Shown: positions 19,084-29,219, counted from the first letter of the stretch. The stretch: 64,000 bases of DNA from Nitrospirota bacterium (GCA_963845065.1 CAWJQQ010000001.1:1152001-1216000), one strand, 5' to 3'. Numbers and translations: made by a program. Notes: generated by a model not told the origin, from the letters alone.

Positions 19084-21768
19084 TTAATGAGCCTCATCCC
19101 AGTTTTCGCCGCTCCCCATATCGACTTTAATGGGGACCGCCAGCTTGAGAACTCCTTCCATTTCCTCCCTTACCAGTTTTTTCATGATATCGATTTCCTG
19201 ATTAGGAACTTCAAAGACGAGTTCGTCATGGACCTGGAGGATCATCTTTGAGCAGATTTCCTCCCGTGCAAGTCGGCGATGGATATTGATCATTGCCAAT
19301 TTGATGAGGTCCGCAGCCGTACCCTGTATTGGCGTGTTGACGGCCATACGCTCACCAAAGTTGCGAACCGCGAGAACAGAGGATGTCAGTTCGGGGATGA
19401 ACCTTCGCCTGCCGAACAGTGTAGTGACATAACCTTTTGACTTCGCCGTCTCTATGGTCCGGCTGATGAATTCGCGCACCTGAGGATATCGTGCAAAATA
19501 ACTATCAATATAACGCCTAGCTTCAGTATTTGAAACACCGATGTCCTGGGCAAGTCCGAAAGCGGATATTCCATAAATGATCCCGAAGTTGACCGCCTTT
19601 GCCTTGCGCCTCATCTCAGGTGTGATCTCATCAAGAGAGAGGCCGAAGATCTCAGATGCGGTACGCGTATGGATGTCTTCGTCTGCTAGGAATGTATTGA
19701 TCAGACCATGGTCTTCACTCATATGGGCAAGTACGCGAAGCTCGATCTGAGAATAGTCTGCCGAGAGCAGGCTCGATCCTCGTTCAGCAATGAATGCCCG
19801 CCTGATTTCTCGCCCTACGTCCGTGCGAATAGGTATGTTTTGAAGGTTTGGGTCGCTGCTGGAAAGCCGGCCTGTTGCAGTTACGGCCTGATTGAGCGAT
19901 GTATGGAGCCTGCCTGTTTTAGGGTTAATCATTTCAGGCAATGCGTCAATATAAGTTGATTTGAGCTTGGTGAGAGTACGGTATTTAAGAATTTCGGCTG
20001 GCAGCGGGTGGACACTGGCAAGTTCCTCTAGAACGTCAACGTTTGTAGAAAAACCAGTTTTAGTTTTTTTAAGTGGTGTGAGCTGCAGTTTTACAAATAG
20101 GATGTCGGCAAGCTGTTTGGGTGAATTGATGTTGAATTCCGTCCCTGCCAACTCATAAATGGTTTTTTCGATTCGGGCGATATCGTTCCCGAGTTTGCCG
20201 GACATGTTTTTCAGAACTTCGGCGTCGATCTTGACACCGATACGTTCCATATCAGCGAGGACTTCCATAAGCGGCATTTCAATATCCCGGAACAACTTCT
20301 CGAGATGCTGTTCCGTGAGCAAAGGGGCAAGTGTATGTTTAAGACGCAACGTAATGTCCGCATCTTCACCAGAATACCTGGTTGCGGTCGCAATATCGAC
20401 TACAGAAAAACTGATTTGTTTTTTCCCCGAACCGGTCACTTCGGCATAGGTGGTGGTCTTATAGTTCAGATACTCGAGAGCGATCGCGTCGAGGCCATGT
20501 GAGGTTTTGCCAGGGTTTAAAAGATACGATGCGATCATGGTATCGAACACGATGCCTTTTACAGCAATGCCGTAATGACCAAGTACGAGCAGGTCATATT
20601 TTATGTTCTGACCGATTTTTTTGACTTCGGGATTTTCCATGACCGGTTTAAGCAGTGAAAGCGCACGCGCAGAGGTAATTTGCTTCTGAACTCCAGGATA
20701 GACGTGACCAAGGGGAAGATAGTAGGCATGGTAGGGTTTCAGGGCAAAAGAGATGCCGATCAGTTCGGCCCGCATGGGGTCAATCGACGTTGTTTCTGTA
20801 TCGAAACAGAGTTCTTCTGCTGAAGAGAGAAGCTTGACTATATCCTGCAGCTCGGTCTCAAGGAGGACGGTTTCGTATTCCGCTTCTTTCCCTGGTTCTT
20901 GAACAACATATTTTAAAAGTGTGGTGAATTCGAGCTCTTTCAGCATCCTGAGCAGCAAGGCATTGTCCGGCGGTTTTAATTTCAGGTCATCGTAGCTGAT
21001 GTCAAGTGGTACGTCTGCATGTAGCAGTGCAAGCTCCCGGCTTAGTCGGGCAAGGTGGGCGAATTCCAACAAGGATTGTCTGAGCTTTGGTTTGGTAATT
21101 TCGAGGGCGTGAGCAAGGACGCTATCGATCGTACCGTATTGCTTGATGAGCCATTGTGCTGTCTTTTCACCGATGCCTGGAACGCCAGGGATATTGTCTG
21201 CCGCATCTCCCATAAGGCCCATGATCTCGATTACGCGGTCAGGAGGCACACCGAACCGCTCTTCTACATCAGCCTGCTGATAGATTTTATCCTTCAGCGT
21301 ATCGTAAACTTTGATGTGCGGACCGACAAGTTGAAGTATGTCTTTGTCACCCGTGACGATGGTAATGTCCATGCCTTCTTGCACTGCTTTGAGCGCCAGT
21401 GTCGCGATTACATCGTCTGCTTCCTGACCCTCCTGAATAAATACCGGGATGCGGAAGGCCTCGACTAGCTTATGAATGAATGGTATCTGAGGAACAAGGT
21501 CCTTGGGCATGGGGGGACGGTGTGCTTTATACTCCTTGAATTCAAGATGTCTTCGGGTTGGACCCTTAGGGTCAAATACGAGTGCAAGTAAATCTGGAGA
21601 TTTTTCCTTAATCACTTTGAGGAGCATATTAGCGAAACCGAAGATGGCATTCGTGGGAAGGCCTGATGAGTTAGTCAGACCACGCACGGCATAGAATGCC
21701 CGATATATATAAGAGTTGCCGTCGATGATGTAAAGTGTTGCTTTTGTGCCATTACGTGCGTTTTCCAT
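19084..21768 (-). CDS. polA: DNA polymerase I
   Basis: 5'-3' exo (IDGNSYIYRAFYA), 3'-5' exo (FDTETT), ADYSQIELR, QVHDELVFE. Confidence 0.98.
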   Translation of the reverse strand: MENARNGTKATLYIIDGNSYIYRAFYAVRGLTNSSGLPTNAIFGFANMLLKVIKEKSPDLLALVFDPKGPTRRHLEFKEYKAHRPPMPKDLVPQIPFIHKLVEAFRIPVFIQEGQEADDVIATLALKAVQEGMDITIVTGDKDILQLVGPHIKVYDTLKDKIYQQADVEERFGVPPDRVIEIMGLMGDAADNIPGVPGIGEKTAQWLIKQYGTIDSVLAHALEITKPKLRQSLLEFAHLARLSRELALLHADVPLDISYDDLKLKPPDNALLLRMLKELEFTTLLKYVVQEPGKEAEYETVLLETELQDIVKLLSSAEELCFDTETTSIDPMRAELIGISFALKPYHAYYLPLGHVYPGVQKQITSARALSLLKPVMENPEVKKIGQNIKYDLLVLGHYGIAVKGIVFDTMIASYLLNPGKTSHGLDAIALEYLNYKTTTYAEVTGSGKKQISFSVVDIATATRYSGEDADITLRLKHTLAPLLTEQHLEKLFRDIEMPLMEVLADMERIGVKIDAEVLKNMSGKLGNDIARIEKTIYELAGTEFNINSPKQLADILFVKLQLTPLKKTKTGFSTNVDVLEELASVHPLPAEILKYRTLTKLKSTYIDALPEMINPKTGRLHTSLNQAVTATGRLSSSDPNLQNIPIRTDVGREIRRAFIAERGSSLLSADYSQIELRVLAHMSEDHGLINTFLADEDIHTRTASEIFGLSLDEITPEMRRKAKAVNFGIIYGISAFGLAQDIGVSNTEARRYIDSYFARYPQVREFISRTIETAKSKGYVTTLFGRRRFIPELTSSVLAVRNFGERMAVNTPIQGTAADLIKLAMINIHRRLAREEICSKMILQVHDELVFEVPNQEIDIMKKLVREEMEGVLKLAVPIKVDMGSGENWDEAH

Positions 21769-22041
21769 AGGTCCTCAGTATATCTCTCTGCCTTTTAAGA
21801 AGCAGGGTTTACAGCATGAGTGATAAATATTCAGCATGATCTAAGTTATGGGTTACTTTGGGATTATTATTTCTGGTGGTTTTCGCTCAATGTGCTCGCT
21901 TATGCTCAAAAGAATAATTTTTCTTAAGTGGTTTAATACTCATAACTAATTGTAAAATAATATAATTATTAACAAATTTTATTGGTACTTATTTTGCAAT
22001 GTGGTCATCGATTAGAAAAAAAATATTTTGCCGGGGCCGTT

Positions 22042-22329
22042 ATGAATTGTAATGTACGAAATGCTAACTATGAAAGAGTTGTATCCGTGCTTGACAAGCT
22101 CTTGAAAGAACGGTACAGCGAAATGAGCGACTGCCAGCGCTGCAGAGACGACATTGCGGCCATTGCCTTGAACTATCTTCCACCCCATTATTATGTTGAC
22201 GTCGAAGAGGAGAAGGAAATCGGCTCTCCTTGGGTAATGATTGAGACCGCGGTTGAAGAAGCCATAGACCGAGTTTTAGAAAAACCAAACCATCTTCATG
22301 AAACAGCACACAATGAGAAACATTCATAG
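22042..22329 (+). CDS. ComFB-family protein
   Basis: VRNANYERV...CQRCRDDIAAIALNYLPPHY matches the ComFB pattern. Confidence 0.8.
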   Translation: MNCNVRNANYERVVSVLDKLLKERYSEMSDCQRCRDDIAAIALNYLPPHYYVDVEEEKEIGSPWVMIETAVEEAIDRVLEKPNHLHETAHNEKHS

Positions 22330-22378
22330 AAAACCCACATTTTTGTGCAATCCCCTATCGAGAATGGCGAGCACGCTC

Positions 22379-23497
22379 CTAATCGGGGAAATAGGTCACC
22401 TGGTTCCTCCCATTCCTTTTTGAAAGATAGAGCGCATCATCCGCTTTTTTTACTAACTCCTCAGGAGTGACATCTCCGCTTCCAGCAACCCACGCTACGC
22501 CGATACTGATCGTAACTTTGCTCTCCCGTTTTGTATCTGTTATGATAAATACGGAATCTTCGACAGCCTTCTTTAGCCGTTTGGCTACTGTGACTGCCTG
22601 TTGCAAATCAAGTTCTGGCATGATAATGGCGAACTCCTCTCCTCCGTAGCGGCAGCATGTATCTATTGTATGGCACCGGGACTGGCCGGAGATGATGTTC
22701 GATAGTTCTTTGAGAACTGCATCGCCGGCCTGATGGCCGAAGTTATCATTGTATTGCTTGAAGTGATCAATATCGAGCATAATGAGTGAAAGTGGTTTTA
22801 GCGTTCTTCCCAGCCTGCTGATTTCCTGCCGAAGTTTTTCCTGGAACATCCTGTGGTTGTAAAGACCGGTAAGCCCGTCGTGCTGAGAGATACGTTCAAT
22901 TTTATCAAAAAGAAGAGATTTTTCAATGCCTGCAGCAAGCTGGTGAGAAAGGATGGCCATAAAATCCATATCATCCACCGATAACCCGTACTTGGATGAG
23001 TTGTCCATGCCGATTACGCCTATCGTTGTATTATGGACTTTGAGGGTGATGCCAATGTAGGAACCGTCCCGCTTTTCTTCCTGAGCATAATGGATGAAAT
23101 CATTGAACGTTGCGTAAAAAAGTGAAAGGTCGTGTATGTGTATGTGTTCGCCGTACTCGACTACTCTGCCGGGAGTGCCTTGGCCAAGGTCGATAGCTGC
23201 AGGTTGGTGCGGTTCGAACCCGCTATAATAAGCAAGTTCGAGCTTTTCTCGTCTCTCGTCGAAGAGATATACTGAAATGCGCTCAATGGGAAGAGAATTC
23301 CTGATAATGCCGAATACCTTCTCGAGCATTTCGTGTAAATCGAGCACGGAGCCTATGGTTCTGGCAATGTGGTAATGAACGTATATTTCGTTCAGTTTTT
23401 TTTCGAGCAGGTCTCCGAGAACCTTTTCATGGGAACGGGATTGTTTAAGATCCTCTTCAAGCCCAGCAATCTTTTCTTTTAAGTATTCATCGGCCAT
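22379..23497 (-). CDS. GAF-GGDEF diguanylate cyclase
   Basis: Coiled coil, GAF, DGLTGLYN, LDIDHFKQYNDNFGHQAGD, RYGGEEF. Confidence 0.95.
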   Translation of the reverse strand: MADEYLKEKIAGLEEDLKQSRSHEKVLGDLLEKKLNEIYVHYHIARTIGSVLDLHEMLEKVFGIIRNSLPIERISVYLFDERREKLELAYYSGFEPHQPAAIDLGQGTPGRVVEYGEHIHIHDLSLFYATFNDFIHYAQEEKRDGSYIGITLKVHNTTIGVIGMDNSSKYGLSVDDMDFMAILSHQLAAGIEKSLLFDKIERISQHDGLTGLYNHRMFQEKLRQEISRLGRTLKPLSLIMLDIDHFKQYNDNFGHQAGDAVLKELSNIISGQSRCHTIDTCCRYGGEEFAIIMPELDLQQAVTVAKRLKKAVEDSVFIITDTKRESKVTISIGVAWVAGSGDVTPEELVKKADDALYLSKRNGRNQVTYFPD

Positions 23498-23558
23498 CGA
23501 TACCCCGTGTTGCAGCCGCGCAGAGAATCTGCTGGATGGCTGTAGCCTCGCTCAATCC

Positions 23559-24335
23559 TTAATTTGTTTTCGGCTGCGCACGTTGAATCGGGATCATCTT
23601 GGGCTGCATTTGCGTGGTAGCAGGTGCCGTCGTCGAGGCTTTAGTTGACGGAGTAGTGTCTTGTTTCGTAGCAACTAGCGGGGCCGCGAGTGGATTCTCT
23701 ATAATAATTGTGGTCTTGTGCGCTTTTATTTTGACGCCGAATTCCGGTTCTTTTGAAGAAAATGCCGCTGCTATTAATGAATTCTGATCAACACCATTTC
23801 TTTCGAAATCCGTAATTAGTGCTGCTGACCGTTCTGCAGCCAGCGTTCTCGCATCTTTTGCTGGAATTTTCTTTCGTCCTCTGCCATGAGCGGGCACTGC
23901 CTCTGTTGTGTTACCAATGTACATGTCTTTACCTTTTAACTCATTCCTTTTGAGGAGTGTGGTTAACTTTGCACGAAGGGCAGGGCTATCCTTCGAAAAA
24001 GTATAGGAACCGGGCAAATACAGTATGTCTTCCGCGATGTTTACGATCAAGCGGTTGCCAGACGTAAGGACCTCTGCTTTACCTGCCTTGATCTCATCGC
24101 TTAGGGTCGAGCTCAGAACGTCGACCGCCGGTCCCAGCCATGCCGTTTCTTTTTTCTCCTGTTCCTTGATTTTTTTCAGTTCGGCTTTTGCCTTATCGAG
24201 TTCTGGCAGTCCAGCCTTCATCCGCGCATAATCCTCCATCATAGGTTTGTAGGACGCGAAATAAAATGCGGCAGCAGCACCGAGTGTTAAAATGAGAAGC
24301 GCAATCACAACATAAGTAACGATCTTCATGAACAT
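23559..24335 (-). CDS. Membrane-anchored divergent OmpA/MotB-like protein
   Basis: N-terminal TM, coiled coil, IVNIAEDILYLPGS and GVDQNSLIAAAFSSKEP resemble the OmpA-C fold; canonical motifs degenerate. Confidence 0.6.
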   Translation of the reverse strand: MFMKIVTYVVIALLILTLGAAAAFYFASYKPMMEDYARMKAGLPELDKAKAELKKIKEQEKKETAWLGPAVDVLSSTLSDEIKAGKAEVLTSGNRLIVNIAEDILYLPGSYTFSKDSPALRAKLTTLLKRNELKGKDMYIGNTTEAVPAHGRGRKKIPAKDARTLAAERSAALITDFERNGVDQNSLIAAAFSSKEPEFGVKIKAHKTTIIIENPLAAPLVATKQDTTPSTKASTTAPATTQMQPKMIPIQRAQPKTN

Positions 24336-24387
24336 GATAGGGAATCCTCCTGATGAAAGAGTTGAATGTATTCATCGCTTGTTGCAG

Positions 24388-25581
24388 CTAATGAAGCATA
24401 TTGATTGTCTTTTCAATCCGATTCAACCCTTTTTCGATAATTTCCGTAGAAGTAGCGTAAGAAAGCCGGATGTAGGCATCAGCACCAAAGGCATCGCCTG
24501 AAACTAACGCTACCTTTGCTTCATCAAGCAGAAGCGCAGCGAAATCAGCCGAGTTCTTGATGACCTTTCCGTTTATGCTCTTGCCAAATAGAGCTGCCAC
24601 ACGTGGGAAAGCATAAAAAGCGCCGACAGGCATGAGACATGACACACCCATCATCTTATTCAGCCGATCGACCATGTATGTTCGTCTTTTAGCGAATTCG
24701 ACATTCATGGTTCGGATAGAATCCTGTTGTCCGCGCAGCGCTTCGACTGCAGCTTTCTGAGAAATGGACGATGGATTGGAGGTACTCTGGCTCTGGATGT
24801 TCGCCATGGCAGTGATCACATCTTTTGGGCCCGCAGCAAAGCCGATGCGCCAGCCAGTCATTGCATATGATTTAGACACTCCATTCACGACGATTGTCAG
24901 GTTTTTGATCTCCTGCCCGAGTGAGGCAATGCTGGTATGCATGAAACCGTCATAAATAAGCTTTTCGTAGATTTCGTCGGAGATAACGTAGATATTTTTC
25001 TGAACGGCCAATGCGGCGATGTCCTCGAGGGTCTTCTTATCATATGCCAAACCGGTAGGGTTTGATGGACTGTTCAAAACCAGCGCCTTGGTTTTGTTCG
25101 TGATTGCCTTTGCGAGCTTTTTCGCCGATATCTTGAAACCCTCTTCTTCAGTCGTCTCTATGATTACGGGAGTAGCATCGTTCAACAGAACTTGTTCAGG
25201 ATAGGATACCCAGTACGGAGAAGGGATGATGACTTCGTCTCCTGGATCGAACAGGGCTTCCGCAATGTTATAGAGACTATGCTTGGCACCGCATGAAACA
25301 AGAATCTGAGACTTTTCGTACTGTAGCCCAATGTCTTTTTTAAATTTATCAATGACCGCGTCTTTGAGCTCGTCAGTACCTCCGACTGGAGTATACTTTG
25401 TGAAGCCCAGCTGAATTGCTTTAATGCCTGCCTGTTTTACATTCTCCGGCGTGTCGAAATCAGGTTCACCTACGCCAAAATCCACCACATCGATTCCCTG
25501 GGCTTTCATAGCCTTTGCTTTTGCCGCCATCGCCAAAGTGGGTGAGGGCTGGATTGCCTGTGCCCTTTTTGCTATTCCCAT
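24388..25581 (-). CDS. aspC: Aspartate aminotransferase-like class I/II PLP enzyme
   Basis: GVGEPDFDTP, NSPSNPTG, SDEIYE, SKSYAMTGWRIG. Confidence 0.9.
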   Translation of the reverse strand: MGIAKRAQAIQPSPTLAMAAKAKAMKAQGIDVVDFGVGEPDFDTPENVKQAGIKAIQLGFTKYTPVGGTDELKDAVIDKFKKDIGLQYEKSQILVSCGAKHSLYNIAEALFDPGDEVIIPSPYWVSYPEQVLLNDATPVIIETTEEEGFKISAKKLAKAITNKTKALVLNSPSNPTGLAYDKKTLEDIAALAVQKNIYVISDEIYEKLIYDGFMHTSIASLGQEIKNLTIVVNGVSKSYAMTGWRIGFAAGPKDVITAMANIQSQSTSNPSSISQKAAVEALRGQQDSIRTMNVEFAKRRTYMVDRLNKMMGVSCLMPVGAFYAFPRVAALFGKSINGKVIKNSADFAALLLDEAKVALVSGDAFGADAYIRLSYATSTEIIEKGLNRIEKTINMLH

Positions 25582-25813
25582 GCTGTCGCACTACCTTTCT
25601 CTCAACAACCAGTGATGTATAGCTACTGAAGTTTTTTTAGCATAGAAGCAACGTAAAGTCAATGAGTTTCTTGGAACAACAACTCATCGGAATCCGATCG
25701 CAGACGACTATCGATGAGAGTTCATCCCGTGCTCTTCTTTGTTTGCATACCGTTGTTCAGAGGTTGCAAATGAGAGAGAAGTATGATAGTATTTTTTCAT
25801 TTAAGGAGGCTTC

Positions 25814-26215
25814 ATGTTCGGATTTTTCCTGCGCTGGTCCATCAATTTGCTGGCACTTGTCATTGCCGGTTCAATGATACCAGGGATCAAGATACAGAGT
25901 CTTCAAATGGGCATAATTGCCGCCGGCATCCTCGGTGTTATAAATGCCGTGATCAGGCCGGTGGTACTTATCTTAACCCTACCGATCAATCTCCTGACGC
26001 TTGGATTGTTCACCCTTGTCATTAATGCGGCTCTCCTGAAACTCGTGTCCGATCTTGTCCCCGGTTTAGTCATTGATTCGTTCACTGCTGCATTTTTTGG
26101 TGCATTGCTGGTTAGTGTTATCAGCTGGATCGTGAACATTTTTGTCAGCGGCGATGGCACATTTATCTTTATCAAGCGGGCAAACAAAGGTGACAGTCGT
26201 GGTCCTCGCAGATAG
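25814..26215 (+). CDS. YvlD-like 4-TM membrane protein (phage holin family 4)
   Basis: TAAGGAGG RBS; NAVIRPVVLILTLPINLLTLGLFTLVINA. Confidence 0.88.
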   Translation: MFGFFLRWSINLLALVIAGSMIPGIKIQSLQMGIIAAGILGVINAVIRPVVLILTLPINLLTLGLFTLVINAALLKLVSDLVPGLVIDSFTAAFFGALLVSVISWIVNIFVSGDGTFIFIKRANKGDSRGPRR

Positions 26216-26264
26216 GTTCTAGATTGAACGAACATTATATGGATGAACATCGGGAAAGATTGCC

Positions 26265-26760
26265 ATGACTCATATTCACATACCGGACGGCGTTCTGCCT
26301 GTCTGGATCTGGGTTTTATCATCATGTCATTTGCTGTGGGATTCAGCCTTTTTTGACTTCGGACAGAGGACATGAAAAAAAAGATACCATTACTCGGCGC
26401 CCTGTCAGCAACAATGCTTGTGGTCATGAGTCTTTCTACGGATCGTTCGAGGGACTCGTCAACCGGTCTCGCACCAAACTCGTTCCACTTCTCAATACGT
26501 ACAATCAGGCAGGAATGACAATTATTCATGTACACCCACGACTTGAACCTGTTGACGTCATTTGCCGACCGGGTATACGTGCTTGCCTGCGGGTGCGAGG
26601 TAATTTCAGAGGTACACCATCTTCTATCTTTATACAAGCGGATGCATTCAAAGCTATTAACTTTAGACCCGCCGCTTCTCGTAGAACTGTTTCTCAAACG
26701 GAGAGAACGAGGCGTTTCAATTGAAATCTTGCTCCGAATTGATAAGCCGACTAAAAAAAG
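26265..26760 (+). pseudogene. Collapsed ECF Ni/Co transporter relic: NikM/CbiM N-terminus joined to NikO/CbiO C-terminus
   Basis: MTHIHIPDGVLPVWIW / GFIIMSFAVGFSLF*LRTEDMKKKIPLLGALSATMLVVMSL, then FEGLVNRSRTKLVPLLN..GMTII / THDLNLLTSFADRVYVL...LDPPLLVELF; several frameshifts and a stop. Confidence 0.75.
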
Positions 26761-26787
26761 ACGATATGATAAATGGAGGGACAGGGC

Positions 26788-28041
26788 ATGCCGCAGAGTG
26801 GTTTGGAACAGAGAAAGGGTACGCTGATTCTCCTGCTTACACTACTGATGGTCATTGCTGTTCTCATTGGCGGGACCATCGGTCACTTTTCTGAGCGCAG
26901 TGATCACCGAGCGTTTCTACTGTCGCTCAGTTTAGTACCGATTATTCCGCTCCTGGCGTACTTTTTTTATAAAACAACGATTTTCCCTTCCTATCGTCAA
27001 CTGGAGGATTCTAACCTTGAACTCCACATCAAGCAGGAAGAACTGCTGGACACCAAGGATGACTTATTTATTAAGTTGCTAGGCATCTACGACGTCAACT
27101 ATGCTGCTAACTCTCCCCGTCTTTTTTCAGATCGGCTTAGGGATGTCGCTGATATCACAGCACGAGTCATGGAGGCTGATGTATGCTTTATTTTTCTCTA
27201 TGATAAAAAAAAGGACGATTTGGCTCTTGCGGCGACAAACGGGGTGCAGGTTGGGGCGATCGGAAGGGTCCGTATTGCCCTCGGTGATGGCATAGAAGGA
27301 TGGGTCGGCAGGAAGCTTGATCCGCTCATGCTGAAGGACTTTCACGCAGACGCCCGCTTCCGGGAGACACCCGGGTTGGCACTCAGCGATTATATATCTT
27401 CTTACTGTTTACCGCTCTTTGTATACTCTAACGGCGCACTAGTCGGACTTATGGAAGTGTTCTATGGTAAAATCAAAAATTTTTCAGACGAAGAAATAAA
27501 TTTTTTTACAACACTCTCAGGTTTACTTTCGACGACCGTGCAAAACGAACAAATGCAGGTCGAGCTCCGGAAAATGAATATCGAACTCGAGCAATGGCTT
27601 TCTGAAAAAACCGAGGAATTTCGCGCATCGGAAGAACGGTACCGGACGCTCGTTGAGAATGCCAGCGAATCGATTTTTCTTCTCGCCGATAACGGGGACG
27701 TTGTATTTGCAAACGAGCAGGCCGCGCACTTGTCCGGATATGTTAAGTATGACCTCCTGCATAAAAATTTTTTTGAGCTTTTTATCGATCCTGCGGCACC
27801 CAGAGGGATTCTCGGGGACCTGCTCAAGGGGCGGCAGACAGTCAGACATGGCGAATTTCGCAAAGCCGATGGCGCCATGGTTCCTGTAGCAATCAGTGCT
27901 GTCGGATTATCGCTTATGGGAAAACGCTTTATTCAGTCTGTTGTACATGATATATCTTCAGAGGCCCGTCTCGAAAAGCTCTTGAAAGAAAAAGATCAGG
28001 AAATAGCTGATTTCAGGCGAAAACTCGATATTATAAAATAA
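26788..28041 (+). CDS. Two-TM GAF-PAS sensor protein with no output domain
   Basis: GGAGG RBS; two TM helices; GAF (VMEADVCFIFLYD..LAATNG..GDGIEGWVG); SEERYRTLVENA PAS ending HDIS; short coiled tail. Confidence 0.85.
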   Translation: MPQSGLEQRKGTLILLLTLLMVIAVLIGGTIGHFSERSDHRAFLLSLSLVPIIPLLAYFFYKTTIFPSYRQLEDSNLELHIKQEELLDTKDDLFIKLLGIYDVNYAANSPRLFSDRLRDVADITARVMEADVCFIFLYDKKKDDLALAATNGVQVGAIGRVRIALGDGIEGWVGRKLDPLMLKDFHADARFRETPGLALSDYISSYCLPLFVYSNGALVGLMEVFYGKIKNFSDEEINFFTTLSGLLSTTVQNEQMQVELRKMNIELEQWLSEKTEEFRASEERYRTLVENASESIFLLADNGDVVFANEQAAHLSGYVKYDLLHKNFFELFIDPAAPRGILGDLLKGRQTVRHGEFRKADGAMVPVAISAVGLSLMGKRFIQSVVHDISSEARLEKLLKEKDQEIADFRRKLDIIK

Positions 28042-28150
28042 TCAGCGGCATGTTTTTTCACCCTCCTCCATTTTAGTCTTTACAGGCATAGGGACGTGTG
28101 GTATAAATTATGCATAGTGATGCTCAGTTAGTTTGCAATTCTTAATTTAT

Positions 28151-28717
28151 ATGAAAGTCATACAGGTATTAAAGATTACTGCGGTACTCTTTGTCCTCGC
28201 CGCTGTAATATATGGTGGATACCTTCTTTTTCGGGGCAGGGAGACTACAGTACCATCTCTCTTCCAGCCTGCTGCTGGAGAACGGTTGTTGCTAAGCATG
28301 GATGGCTATCAGTTCTCGCAGACGACCGGTGGGAAAACAACTTGGCGTATGGTTGCCAGAAATGCTGACCTTTATGAAAATAAAGAAGCGAAGCTAAAAG
28401 AGATAGAAATCACCTTTAATAGTCCTGATGACAGTAGACAGGCAAAACTCATCGGTGAGACGGGCACCATGGATACCGTTACAGGGAATGCGTCCGTTCA
28501 TCGGGGTGAGAAAGAAGTCAGTATCGTCACTAGTGACGGCTACCTCTTGAAGACAGACTCGCTTTTCTGGACGGCTGGTGAACAACTTGTCTGGACCCCA
28601 GAACCATTCAAGTTGCTTGGTAGTGAGATTTATCTCGAGGGTGTGGGCTTTTCTGCATATGCGGATATGCGGTCACTTGTGGTGAAGAGTCATGTCATGG
28701 CAGTGTTACAAGAATAA
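28151..28717 (+). CDS. lptC: LPS export protein LptC
   Basis: Single TM plus beta-jellyroll-like region (LKTDSLFW); synteny with lptA/lptB. Confidence 0.85.
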   Translation: MKVIQVLKITAVLFVLAAVIYGGYLLFRGRETTVPSLFQPAAGERLLLSMDGYQFSQTTGGKTTWRMVARNADLYENKEAKLKEIEITFNSPDDSRQAKLIGETGTMDTVTGNASVHRGEKEVSIVTSDGYLLKTDSLFWTAGEQLVWTPEPFKLLGSEIYLEGVGFSAYADMRSLVVKSHVMAVLQE

Positions 28718-29204
28718 TTGGCTTATCATCCCCATAGCGGTCAGTCTTCTTATAAGTGCCGCTAATGCAGCACCGCAGACAGACACAAGCACCCGCGAAC
28801 CGATTGTGATCACCTCAGGACACATGAAGGCCGAAAAACTCGGCGATAAAGTCACTTTTACAGACAATGTGACGCTTAAGAAAGAGAATATGACGCTTAC
28901 GTCGGATGCGCTAACCGTTTTTTATGATACTGGATCGAAAAAGGTGAGGCAAATCGACGCGCACGGCAACGTTGTGGTGCATAAGGACAACCGGGTAGCG
29001 TATTCGAACAATGCCTCCTACTACAGCCATGATGAAAAAATAGTTCTTACCGGAGATGCACGTATTACAGAAAATGAAAACCAGCTCGTCGGAAAAAAAA
29101 TAACACTTTTTATGCGGGATGACCGCAGTCTGGTTGAGGGGGGGAAAGTTGTTCTGTATCAGGATAATCAGCATTCGTCGCGCGGCGGCTTGAAAAACAA
29201 GTGA
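28692..29204 (+). CDS. lptA: LPS transport periplasmic protein LptA
   Basis: PIVITS, FTDNV, AHGNV, IVLTGDA OstA-like pattern; synteny. Confidence 0.88.
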   Translation: MSWQCYKNNWLIIPIAVSLLISAANAAPQTDTSTREPIVITSGHMKAEKLGDKVTFTDNVTLKKENMTLTSDALTVFYDTGSKKVRQIDAHGNVVVHKDNRVAYSNNASYYSHDEKIVLTGDARITENENQLVGKKITLFMRDDRSLVEGGKVVLYQDNQHSSRGGLKNK

Positions 29205-29219
29205 TCTCGAAAGGGTTCC

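Noticed and set aside
22328..22378. Fourth copy of the 53-nt mini-element (AAACCCACAT)
   Set aside because: Lacks the second hairpin arm and the terminal TCAA.
25814..26215. Prophage implied by the holin-family label
   Set aside because: YvlD-like proteins are commonly chromosomal, and no phage genes are nearby.
26372..26518. Small secreted peptide MKKKIPLLGALSATMLVV
   Set aside because: Better explained as an internal piece of the NikM/CbiM pseudogene.
25903..26697. Long antisense or shadow ORFs (this one; also 65-691, 14533-15054, 30621-31271, 54167-54850)
   Set aside because: They overlap well-supported genes on the opposite strand and have no motifs.
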